From a virus (lineage: Duplodnaviria; Caudoviricetes), in the IMG/VR virus record IMGVR_UViG_3300030117_002054, positions 1 to 32,804 of that record: a stretch of DNA of 32,804 nt. One strand, given 5' to 3'. Under the pieces are notes generated by a model. The model saw only the letters and a list, made by a program, of their open reading frames with translations, did no database searches and was not told the DNA's origin. Within the stretch, counting starts at the first letter, position 1; each line of letters begins with the position of its first letter. The translations under genes were made by a program, and so were the position numbers. This document shows, in pieces, positions 1-7,941 of this stretch.

Positions 1-113
1 TGGCAATGGGAAGACCTACCTTCTTCTAATCTCGTTGTTCGAGATAGAGAAGGTAGAGTCCTGATACGCAAAAACATGGCAAGGCCATGTCAATCCCTTG
101 GATTGATGAGTGA
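1..113. repeat. Direct terminal repeat, left copy (113 bp)
   Basis: 1-113 equals 32692-32804 except position 66 (A) versus 32757 (T). Confidence 0.95.
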
Positions 114-155
114 CGCCACGTCACAACCAGAGTGACGCCACGTTCGGTATTGACA
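110..155 (+). promoter_or_regulatory. Tandem GTGACG-N3-CGTCAC sites followed by a TTGACA -35 box upstream of terS
   Basis: GTGACGCCACGTCAC 110-124, GTGACGCCACGTTCG 132-146, TTGACA 150-155. Confidence 0.5.
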
Positions 156-217
156 AGACCTTTTGTTTTGGTGCTTTCTGGGGGGGAACTATATGGGGGG
201 GCTTACAAGGTAGTACA

Positions 218-595
218 ATGAATGATATTCTAAATAGAAAATTGACACCAAAACAAGAGGCTCTTGTGGATACACTTGTAGCCTCTGGTTGTAGCGTCAC
301 TCAAGCCGCAAAGGATGCTGGCTATGCAAGCGGTGACTCTGGAAGAGTCAGTGCTTTCAAAGCCTTACGCCAACCGCATGTACAGCAATACATGATGAGA
401 AGGGTGAGTGAACAGTTAGGTATGAATGCTACAGTTGCGGCTGCAAGGGTTATGCGGTTAGCTACAGGCGCGAAGAGCGAGTATGTGCAGCTCGAGGCGA
501 GCAAGGACATACTCGATCGAGCAGGCTATAAGCCCATAGATAGATCTCAGGTACAGATCGCTGGTGACATCAAGGTGTCCATTGATTTAGGCTAA
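218..595 (+). CDS. terS: Terminase small subunit
   Basis: LTPKQEALVD...SVTQAAKDAGY HTH start and EASKDILDRAG C-terminal motif are typical of TerS. ATG 218 preferred over the track's start at 110. Confidence 0.8.
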   Translation: MNDILNRKLTPKQEALVDTLVASGCSVTQAAKDAGYASGDSGRVSAFKALRQPHVQQYMMRRVSEQLGMNATVAAARVMRLATGAKSEYVQLEASKDILDRAGYKPIDRSQVQIAGDIKVSIDLG

Positions 596-725
596 AGCCT
601 GATCAATGACCACCTAATACCCAGTTTCTTATGACGCTCCTTGTTTATAATGCATACGCCCCCAAAAACTGTTGTTACTTTCTTGCTAGGGGTCGTTCAC
701 TCTCATTTTTTTCCCACAGGGTATT

Positions 726-736
726 TTGTGCGTTTG
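726..736 (+). promoter_or_regulatory. TTGTGCGTT(T)G late-module motif, copy 1
   Basis: The same motif recurs at 5097, 8388 and 19311, always on + and upstream of a structural module. Confidence 0.55.
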
Positions 737-795
737 AAATAATATTTTTTTCATGTAAGGGTCGATTATGTTTAGATGGATAAAGAGGTTATGGA

Positions 796-1113
796 ATGCG
801 GACTCCAGCTTGGCAAAGAAAAGAGGGACAGAGTCCATCGGGGGGACTGAACGAGGAGGGTCGCAGGTCGTACAAAAGGCAAACAGGGGGAACACTAAAG
901 CCGCCAGTAAAGAAGGGCGACAACCCTCGAAGGGCAAGCTTCCTAGCAAGGATGGGGGCAGCAAAGGGGCCAGAAAAAGACGAGAAGGGAAAACCAACCC
1001 GTCTTCTTCTCAGCTTAAGAGCGTGGGGAGCCTCAAGCAAAGCGGACGCAAAAGCAAAGGCCAGAGCGATAAGCCGAAGAAATAAAGCTAAGAAACAGAG
1101 GAGTACAGCATAA
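796..1113 (+). CDS. Small basic phage protein (DUF6321-like)
   Basis: PAWQRKEG...GGLNEEGR...NPRRASFLARMG motif recalled from a widespread phage family. GAGG SD. Confidence 0.7.
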   Translation: MRTPAWQRKEGQSPSGGLNEEGRRSYKRQTGGTLKPPVKKGDNPRRASFLARMGAAKGPEKDEKGKPTRLLLSLRAWGASSKADAKAKARAISRRNKAKKQRSTA

Positions 1114-1247
1114 TGCCTATGGGTAAGGGAACGTATGGATCACAAGTTGGTAGGCCAGCTAAGAAGAAGAAGCCTATGTTAAAAGGTAAACAGAACTCAT
1201 TACCGCCAGCTTTGAAGAGAAAGATACTTAAAGCGAAGGCTAAGTAA
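1113..1247 (+). CDS. 44-aa Lys-rich protein MPMGKGTYGSQVGRPAKKKK...
   Basis: Hand-translated and below the track cutoff. TAATG coupling at both ends, GAGGAG SD. Confidence 0.75.
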   Translation: MPMGKGTYGSQVGRPAKKKKPMLKGKQNSLPPALKRKILKAKAK

Positions 1248-1675
1248 TGGATCGGTTATCAATAAGAGAAAAGTATCTTTTAGGCTATCAATCAGCTGAA
1301 GATAAAAAACAACTAAAAAGTTATTTAAGAAATGTTATTTCTCAAACACAAAAAACAATCAAAACTCTTTTGAAGAACCCTAAGAAAGAAACAGTTTCTT
1401 TTAGTAGTGCAGACAATCCAGAGCCAATTACAAATAAACAATTAGCTAAAGAACATAAGTCAGTACAAAAAGATGCTGTAAAAGATTTGAATCAACTTAA
1501 TAAACAAGCAGATATCGAAAAGAATTTTGATAAAAAGATGACTAGAGATAAAGATACTTTTGAATTTAAACGCAAAAGAATCTTTACTAGAAAGATGAAA
1601 GGTCGTGGTGGCGGTGGTAGTATGAAAATGCCACAAGAATACACTAAAAGATCTTTATTACAAAAGCCGTTATAA
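1247..1675 (+). CDS. Basic hypothetical protein with C-terminal GRGGGGSMKMPQEY tag
   Basis: 142-aa ORF coupled to its neighbours. Tail shared with 2495-2902. Confidence 0.8.
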   Translation: MDRLSIREKYLLGYQSAEDKKQLKSYLRNVISQTQKTIKTLLKNPKKETVSFSSADNPEPITNKQLAKEHKSVQKDAVKDLNQLNKQADIEKNFDKKMTRDKDTFEFKRKRIFTRKMKGRGGGGSMKMPQEYTKRSLLQKPL

Positions 1676-1993
1676 ATGAAAAAGCCAAAGAAATCCTTAC
1701 TGCGTCCAAAGACTAGAGAAGATAGTCTTGCAGAAATACAAGCTAGGATTAAAGTCCTTCAGGATGAACTAGGTACATTCGATGACTTTAGAGCTAGTAG
1801 TAAAAGAGACAATCTAAAGATACTGCGTCAATACATTGGACGCGGTTTTAGTTTTAAGGAGGGTGGATCTCCTGAAGAGAATGCAAAGATAAGAGAAAGA
1901 CAAAAGCTTCGAAGACAGAAAGAGAAGGAGCTAGATATTCTCTTAGAAAAAATTAATAAGTTTCCAGATCCAGATGCAGGGAAGTTTCCATAA
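1676..1993 (+). CDS. Basic hypothetical protein (N-terminal KKSLL)
   Basis: 105-aa ORF, TAAATG/TAATG coupling. Confidence 0.75.
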   Translation: MKKPKKSLLRPKTREDSLAEIQARIKVLQDELGTFDDFRASSKRDNLKILRQYIGRGFSFKEGGSPEENAKIRERQKLRRQKEKELDILLEKINKFPDPDAGKFP

Positions 1994-2328
1994 TGGCTGA
2001 AAAAGAAAAAATATCCGCTATACGAAGAAAACTTAATACTTTGAGTATTCAATTTGCTAAAGGATATGGTGTGTATTCTTTAGATCCTGATATCAAAGGT
2101 CAGTACGGTAAATTTTTAAAAGATAATAATCTTACGGTTACTAAGTCAGCAGGTCAAAAAGTTTTTTCTTTGCAAGATTATTTTAAAAAAAATAACAATC
2201 CTGAATCTTCAAAAATAAAAGAAGCAGAAAATACTTTATCAAAATGGCTAACACCTCTTAAAAAGATTGATGCTATGTCAGGTCAACAAAAGTTAAAAGC
2301 TAAACGTACATTATTAGGATCTAAGTAA
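1993..2328 (+). CDS. Basic hypothetical protein (C-terminal KRTLLG)
   Basis: 111-aa ORF, TAATG coupling at both ends. Confidence 0.75.
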   Translation: MAEKEKISAIRRKLNTLSIQFAKGYGVYSLDPDIKGQYGKFLKDNNLTVTKSAGQKVFSLQDYFKKNNNPESSKIKEAENTLSKWLTPLKKIDAMSGQQKLKAKRTLLGSK

Positions 2329-2498
2329 TGGCAGTTAATGCAGCAGGTAATTATACAAAGCCCAACATGAGGAAGACTTTGTTTAAGCGTATTAAAGCAA
2401 GGGCTGTGCAAGGTACGGCTGCTGGTCAGTGGTCTGCTCGAAAGGCGCAGTTACTTGCAAAACAATATAAGGCAAAGGGTGGAGGATATAGGTCATGA
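2328..2498 (+). CDS. 56-aa basic protein (GQWSARKAQLL...GGGY; DUF5872-like)
   Basis: Hand-translated as MAVNAAGNYTKPNMRK...GQWSARKAQLLAKQYKAKGGGYRS. Fills the gap with TAATG/ATGA coupling. Confidence 0.8.
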   Translation: MAVNAAGNYTKPNMRKTLFKRIKARAVQGTAAGQWSARKAQLLAKQYKAKGGGYRS

Positions 2499-2902
2499 AA
2501 GAAAGTATTAAAAACTTTTCTGCTAAATCTGATTTTCCTAAAAGTATTTTTCAAGGTGAAAATGTAAGAGCTATCCTTGCTAATATGGAAAGACACACTC
2601 GACAAGTTTTGAGTTCAGCATATTCAAAGTTTACACCTGAACAAATAAGAGAGGGTCATCCAGATTTTGAAAAAAGAATAAATAAAGCAGCAGCTATGGA
2701 ATATGAAACAAATCGTTTTAAAGCTCAGTTTATGAGAGGCTCTTCAGATAAAAACAAAGAAAAGAAAAAATCTTTACTTAAAGAAGCTAAAAATAAAGCG
2801 AAGTTAAAAAAATTATCTCTTCGAGGTAGAGGTGGTGGTGGAAGTATGAAGATGCCGCAAGAATATAGTACAAGATCACTATTAAAGAAACCTATGTCAT
2901 AG
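2495..2902 (+). CDS. Basic hypothetical protein with C-terminal GRGGGGSMKMPQEY tag
   Basis: 135-aa ORF. Tail shared with 1247-1675. Confidence 0.8.
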   Translation: MKESIKNFSAKSDFPKSIFQGENVRAILANMERHTRQVLSSAYSKFTPEQIREGHPDFEKRINKAAAMEYETNRFKAQFMRGSSDKNKEKKKSLLKEAKNKAKLKKLSLRGRGGGGSMKMPQEYSTRSLLKKPMS

Positions 2903-2903
2903 T

Positions 2904-3140
2904 ATGAAGAAATCACAGAAGTCATTACTAAACTGGGGAAAGCAGAAGTGGCGCACTAAGTCAGGAAAAAAGTCTAGTGAGACAGGTGAACGGTACTTAC
3001 CTAGCAAGGCTATTGCTGCTCTTAGTGATGCTGAATATGCAGCTACAACCAGAGCTAAACGAAAGGGTAAGGCTAAGGGTAAGCAATTTGTGGCTCAACC
3101 GAAAGCGATTGCTAGGAAAGTAAAACAATATAGGAGTTAA
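2904..3140 (+). CDS. Small basic protein (DUF5872-like)
   Basis: SQKSLLNWGKQKWRTKSG...TGERYLP motif. Confidence 0.7.
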   Translation: MKKSQKSLLNWGKQKWRTKSGKKSSETGERYLPSKAIAALSDAEYAATTRAKRKGKAKGKQFVAQPKAIARKVKQYRS

Positions 3141-3142
3141 TT

Positions 3143-3376
3143 ATGGGCTGGATAATAGCAAACACTGGTGAGGTTTATGATGGGGAAACACATCAACTTG
3201 CTGGTACTACTTTCTCAGGTAAAACAAGAACCTCTGAATCTAAAAGACTAGAATGGGTTGAACTTATTGTTAAGCCTAAAGCACCTGCTAAAAAGAAACG
3301 TGCTAGGGATCATAAAGGTAGATTAAAAGCAGATGACCCTTCAACACCAGATATTAATGAGGCTTATGAACAGTGA
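3143..3376 (+). CDS. Hypothetical protein ending in RARDHKGRLKADDPSTPDINEAY
   Basis: 77-aa ORF with AGGAG SD. Confidence 0.75.
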   Translation: MGWIIANTGEVYDGETHQLAGTTFSGKTRTSESKRLEWVELIVKPKAPAKKKRARDHKGRLKADDPSTPDINEAYEQ

Positions 3377-3573
3377 GCTTTGTAAATACTTTGAAGACAG
3401 AAGAGCTTACTATGCTTCGAAGGATTGTGAAGAAGGTACACTTTCAACACTTTGATCGCAAACATGGTAAGTCTTTTGTTACTAATAAGATGGTAGACAA
3501 TGTTATAGAAAACATTGGTCCAGAGGTCGTTGAGAAGATGATTAAGTCTGGAGTTGACAAGGGGCTGCGCTAG
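3373..3573 (+). CDS. Hypothetical protein upstream of terL
   Basis: 66-aa ORF, GTGA overlap with the previous gene, abuts terL. Confidence 0.65.
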   Translation: MSFVNTLKTEELTMLRRIVKKVHFQHFDRKHGKSFVTNKMVDNVIENIGPEVVEKMIKSGVDKGLR

Positions 3574-5096
3574 TGGTCAATTTTAAATATAAACCAGACG
3601 GTTCTGTTCTCAAAAGCTTTATGAAGAATGATACTTTCTTTCGTGGCATTCGAGGTCCAGTAGGGTCTGGTAAATCAGTAGGATGTTGTGTTGAAGTATT
3701 TAGACGAGCTTTGGAACAAGAGAAAGCCCCAGACGGAAAGCGAAAATCCCGATGGGCTATTATACGAAACACAAACCCACAGTTACGAACTACAACTATT
3801 AAAACATGGCTTGACTGGTTTCCAGAAAACGACTGGGGAAAATTTACTTGGTCAGTCCCCTACACCCACAACATCAAAAAAGGTGAAATTGAGCTAGAGG
3901 TTATCTTCTTAGCATTAGATAGACCAGAGGATGTAAAGAAGCTTCTATCTTTGGAACTAACAGGGGTATGGATTAATGAAGCAAGAGAAATACCAAAGTC
4001 TATTATTGATGCTTGTACTATGCGTGTTGGTCGTTATCCTTCAATGCGTGATGGTGGTCCTTCTTGGACAGGTGTGATTGCAGATACTAATGCGCCAGAA
4101 GAAGATCACTGGTGGCCTATAATGTCAGGTGAAGTTCCGATACCTGATCACATTCCAAGAGAACAAGCTAAGATGTTAGTAAAGCCAGATAACTGGCAGT
4201 TCTTTACTCAACCTTGTGCAATGCTCGAAGTAAAGAATGAAGACGGTGAAGTAGATAACTACAAGCCAAATAAAGATGCTGAAAACAAAAAGCATATGTT
4301 AAACAACTATTATACAAATTTAGTAAGGGGTAAAACAAAAAGCTGGATTGATGTCTATGTTATGAATAGGCTAGGATCTATCCAAGATGGTAAGCCGATA
4401 TATCCAATGTTCGCAGCAGAAGTACACATAGCCAAAGAAGAAATAGCAGTAGCCGCAGGTCTACCGCTATACATTGGCTTAGACTTTGGATTAACGCCAG
4501 CCGCAACTCTTGGACAAAAAATCAGAGGTCGCTGGCTTGTCCAGTCCGAGATAGTGGCTTTTGATATGGGGATTGTTAGATTTGCTGAAGTGTTGCGCGA
4601 GGAAATTTCCTCCCGATTTTCCCAAGCATCTGATGTATATATCTATGGCGATCCTGCTGGGGACTTTAGAGCGCAAACAGATGAATCAACTCCCTTTCAT
4701 ATTTTGCGCGGTGCTGGCTTGAGGGCATTCCCAGCCCCTTCGAACTCTGTAGATCTTCGATTGGAAGCTGTCTCTTCCCAGCTTACAAAGATGGTTGAGG
4801 GGAAGCCAGCATTTCTAATTGATCGAAGATGCCAGCAACTTATCAAAGGGTTTGATGGTGGTTATCAATATAAACGTATGGAAGTATCTGGTGAGCGTTA
4901 TGCAGATAAACCTGATAAAAATATGTATTCTCATATTCACGATGCGTTACAATATATGATGTTAGGTGCAGGTGAGGGTAGAGCTTTACTTAATAATCAG
5001 AAGCAATCTAAACCTGTGGTAGCTTCAAGAGACTTTAATGTATTTAACAAAAAACCTACAAAGGGTAGAAGGCAAGGGCTTTGGGCTAGATTATAA
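3573..5096 (+). CDS. terL: Terminase large subunit
   Basis: Walker A GPVGSGKS, Walker B variant GVWINEARE, DTN coupling motif, RNase H-like YIGLDFG, and SHIHDALQY. Confidence 0.95.
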   Translation: MVNFKYKPDGSVLKSFMKNDTFFRGIRGPVGSGKSVGCCVEVFRRALEQEKAPDGKRKSRWAIIRNTNPQLRTTTIKTWLDWFPENDWGKFTWSVPYTHNIKKGEIELEVIFLALDRPEDVKKLLSLELTGVWINEAREIPKSIIDACTMRVGRYPSMRDGGPSWTGVIADTNAPEEDHWWPIMSGEVPIPDHIPREQAKMLVKPDNWQFFTQPCAMLEVKNEDGEVDNYKPNKDAENKKHMLNNYYTNLVRGKTKSWIDVYVMNRLGSIQDGKPIYPMFAAEVHIAKEEIAVAAGLPLYIGLDFGLTPAATLGQKIRGRWLVQSEIVAFDMGIVRFAEVLREEISSRFSQASDVYIYGDPAGDFRAQTDESTPFHILRGAGLRAFPAPSNSVDLRLEAVSSQLTKMVEGKPAFLIDRRCQQLIKGFDGGYQYKRMEVSGERYADKPDKNMYSHIHDALQYMMLGAGEGRALLNNQKQSKPVVASRDFNVFNKKPTKGRRQGLWARL

Positions 5097-5106
5097 TTGT
5101 GCGTTG
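5097..5106 (+). promoter_or_regulatory. TTGTGCGTTG late-module motif, copy 2
   Basis: Immediately after the terL stop and upstream of the pre-portal gene. Confidence 0.6.
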
Positions 5107-5156
5107 CAAATTATTATTTTCTCTGATCTGGAGAAAAATAACAAAGGAGATTCTTT

Positions 5157-5420
5157 ATGTGTGGCAGAAAAAAAAGAGATCCTCGTATTGATGAGGAGCA
5201 AGCAAAAGCTAGGGCAGATGCAGAAGCTATTAGACTTCAAGCTTTAACAGCAAAAGAAGAAGAGCGCAAAAAGCTTTTAGCAATGGAAAAAGAACAGGCT
5301 ATGACTGAAGATGATAGATTAGCTTTGTTGCTCAAAGGTGGTAGAAGAGGTGGAGTAAGAGGAAGAAGTTTGCTTCAAACCACTAAAGGCGGTGCAGGGT
5401 TTTATAGCAGGTTTTCATAA
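5157..5420 (+). CDS. Small pre-portal virion protein (positional analogue of T7 gp7.3)
   Basis: MCG start, AAGGAG SD, RRGG..GRSLL..GGAGF tail, directly before the portal gene. Confidence 0.65.
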   Translation: MCGRKKRDPRIDEEQAKARADAEAIRLQALTAKEEERKKLLAMEKEQAMTEDDRLALLLKGGRRGGVRGRSLLQTTKGGAGFYSRFS

Positions 5421-6955
5421 TGATTGATCCGATTGCAAAGCAATACTTGCAACGCTACGACAAAGCAAAAGCTAAACGCACAAACTTTGTTGACGTATTC
5501 GAAGAATGTTATGAATATGCATTGCCACAAAGAGAATCTTTTTACTATGAAGTATCTGGTCAAAGACGTGATGATAAGATCTTTGACGAAACTGCTGTAG
5601 TAGGTGTTCAAGAGTTTGCGTCAAGATTGCAGTCTGGACTTGTTCCTAACTTTGCTCGATGGGCAGATTTTGTAGCAGGGTCAGAAACTCCTAAACAAGA
5701 TAGAGATAATGTTAATAACAATCTTGAAGAAGTAACTGAGTATGTGTTTGAGATATTACAAAACTCTAACTTTGCTCAAGAAGTGCATGAGTCCTTTATG
5801 GACTTGGCAGTTGGTACTGGTGTCTTAGTATGTGAAGAAGGTGATTCAATAAATCCAATACGTTTTTCAGCTATTCCATTGCCTCATGTCATACTAGACA
5901 CTGGTCCAGATGATCAAATAGATCATGTATTTAGAGAACGAAAATTTATAAGATATGATCAAATAAGCTTACTTTATCCAAAGGGTGAGTTTAATAGTCA
6001 GTTACAATCATTAATGCAAAATCAATCTGATCAAACTACAACTATATTAGAAATTGTTTGTAAGGATTATTCTAAGCCAAACCAAGAAGCATTTCTTCAT
6101 TATGCAATTTGCATGACAACAAAGTCACTATTGATGAAAAGAAAAATGCAAGGTGTCGGTTCAAACCCATTTATTTGTTATCGTTGGTCAAAATGTGCTG
6201 GTGAGGTATATGGTCGAGGTCCATTGTTTAATGCTTTGAGCGCAATTAAAACAGCAAACTTAACTGTAGAGTTAGTTCTTGAAAATGCACAGATGGCTAT
6301 CTCTGGTATATATCAAATGGAAGACGATGGTATAATAAATCCAGATACAATAAATCTTGTGCCAGGGACTATAATTCCTAAAGCTATGGGATCAGCAGGT
6401 TTACAACCGATACCTAGTGCAAGTCGTTTTGATGTTGCACAACTTAATTTAGATCGAGCGCAGAATAATATTAAACGTGCATTATACAATGATATGCTTG
6501 GAGATCCTAATAAAACTCCAGCATCTGCTACTGAAGTTGCAGAACGTATGGCAGATCTATCAAGACGTATTGGATCTGCATTTGGTAGATTGCAGGTAGA
6601 ATTAGTACAACCAGTATTACAACGTGTAGTTTATATTTTAAAGAAACAAGGGCGTATTGAAATACCAACAATTAATGGAAGAGAAGTAAAAGTAAGATCT
6701 ATTTCTCCATTAGCACAAGCTCAAGCTAATCAAGATATTGGATCTGTATCTCGTTTCTTAGAATTAGCTAATGGTGCATTTGGTCCAGAGGCTGTAAATA
6801 TATTAATTAACAGTGAAGAAACTGCTGTATATCTTGCTAAAAAGTTTGGCGTTCCTGATAATTTAGTTCGAGATAGAGCGCAACGTGAAAAAATGATTGC
6901 ATTAATGCAGCAAATGCAGCAGAGTCAGCCTCAAGCACCACAACCAATGGAGTAA
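5420..6955 (+). CDS. Portal (head-tail connector), T7 gp8/BPP-1 type
   Basis: IFDETAV, RW...GEVYGRGP and SATEV motifs. 511 aa. Confidence 0.93.
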   Translation: MIDPIAKQYLQRYDKAKAKRTNFVDVFEECYEYALPQRESFYYEVSGQRRDDKIFDETAVVGVQEFASRLQSGLVPNFARWADFVAGSETPKQDRDNVNNNLEEVTEYVFEILQNSNFAQEVHESFMDLAVGTGVLVCEEGDSINPIRFSAIPLPHVILDTGPDDQIDHVFRERKFIRYDQISLLYPKGEFNSQLQSLMQNQSDQTTTILEIVCKDYSKPNQEAFLHYAICMTTKSLLMKRKMQGVGSNPFICYRWSKCAGEVYGRGPLFNALSAIKTANLTVELVLENAQMAISGIYQMEDDGIINPDTINLVPGTIIPKAMGSAGLQPIPSASRFDVAQLNLDRAQNNIKRALYNDMLGDPNKTPASATEVAERMADLSRRIGSAFGRLQVELVQPVLQRVVYILKKQGRIEIPTINGREVKVRSISPLAQAQANQDIGSVSRFLELANGAFGPEAVNILINSEETAVYLAKKFGVPDNLVRDRAQREKMIALMQQMQQSQPQAPQPME

Positions 6956-6959
6956 AGGC

Positions 6960-7235
6960 TTGAGTAAAAAACCGTATGTAGGCATTGATGGTATTCAACG
7001 ACCTCAAGATGTTGATGAAAGAATTAGTTTAGATGTTGCTGCAATGTTAGCAACACCAACAGGTCAGTCTGTAATGCAATATCTAAAGTCTATTACAATT
7101 GATATTGCTAATGGTCCGAACATTTCTAATGACGAGTTAAGACATTTAGAAGGGCAAAGATTTGTTGTCGGATTATTATCTTCCAGAGCTAATCATGGAT
7201 CTTTAATTAAATCTAAGGGGGGCAAAGATGAGTGA
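6960..7235 (+). CDS. Head assembly protein (Bbp19-like)
   Basis: TPTGQSVMQYL...EGQRFVV motif, between portal and scaffold. Confidence 0.65.
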   Translation: MSKKPYVGIDGIQRPQDVDERISLDVAAMLATPTGQSVMQYLKSITIDIANGPNISNDELRHLEGQRFVVGLLSSRANHGSLIKSKGGKDE

Positions 7236-7941
7236 AGAAGCTGTAACTGAAGAAGCTGCAACTGAAGAGGCTTCACAACAGGAAGAACAAAGCTCTGAAA
7301 GACCTGAGTGGCTTCCAGAAAAGTTTAATACTCCAGAAGATATGGCAAAGTCATATACATCTTTGTCAACAAAGCTTGGAGAAAAGGAAGAGGAAGTAAG
7401 AGAACGCTTAATGAACGAACTTTCTGAGCAAGCATCAGAAGGTGTACCAGCAAGTGTTGGCGATTATGAACTTCCTGATTATCTTAATGAAGAAGAAGCT
7501 ATTGAAAGCGATACATTAAAAGCTTGGGCTGATCATTGCTTTGAAAATGGATATACTCATGAAGAGTTTAAAAAAGGCATTGATATGTATATGAGTGCTT
7601 TTCCTAATGATGCAGATCTTGAAGCTGAATCTGAAAGACTTGGTGATAACTCAGAATCAAGAATAGAAGCTGCATCTTTGTTTGCTAATAAATTTTTTCC
7701 AGAAGAAACTATACCAGCAATAGAACGAATGTTCGAAACTGCTGAAGGTGTTGTTGCAATGGAAGCAATAATGGAAGCTTTAAAAGATTCATCTGTATCT
7801 GATCAAACTAATATTGCTTCCAACTTTAATGAAATAGAACTTCAGGAAATGCAAAAAGATGAAAGATATTGGAATCCAGCTAAAAGAGATAATAACTTTG
7901 TAAACCAAGTAAATGATGGTTATAAAAAGTTATATGGATGA
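7228..7941 (+). CDS. Capsid scaffolding protein
   Basis: Acidic. RPEWLPEKF...MAKSY..L..KLG and DERYW motifs. Position fits. Confidence 0.85.
   Translation: MSEEAVTEEAATEEASQQEEQSSERPEWLPEKFNTPEDMAKSYTSLSTKLGEKEEEVRERLMNELSEQASEGVPASVGDYELPDYLNEEEAIESDTLKAWADHCFENGYTHEEFKKGIDMYMSAFPNDADLEAESERLGDNSESRIEAASLFANKFFPEETIPAIERMFETAEGVVAMEAIMEALKDSSVSDQTNIASNFNEIELQEMQKDERYWNPAKRDNNFVNQVNDGYKKLYG

Noticed and set aside
110-217. N-terminal extension of terS from GTG 110
   Set aside because: It runs through palindromes, a -35 box and G-runs. TerS-like sequence begins at ATG 218.
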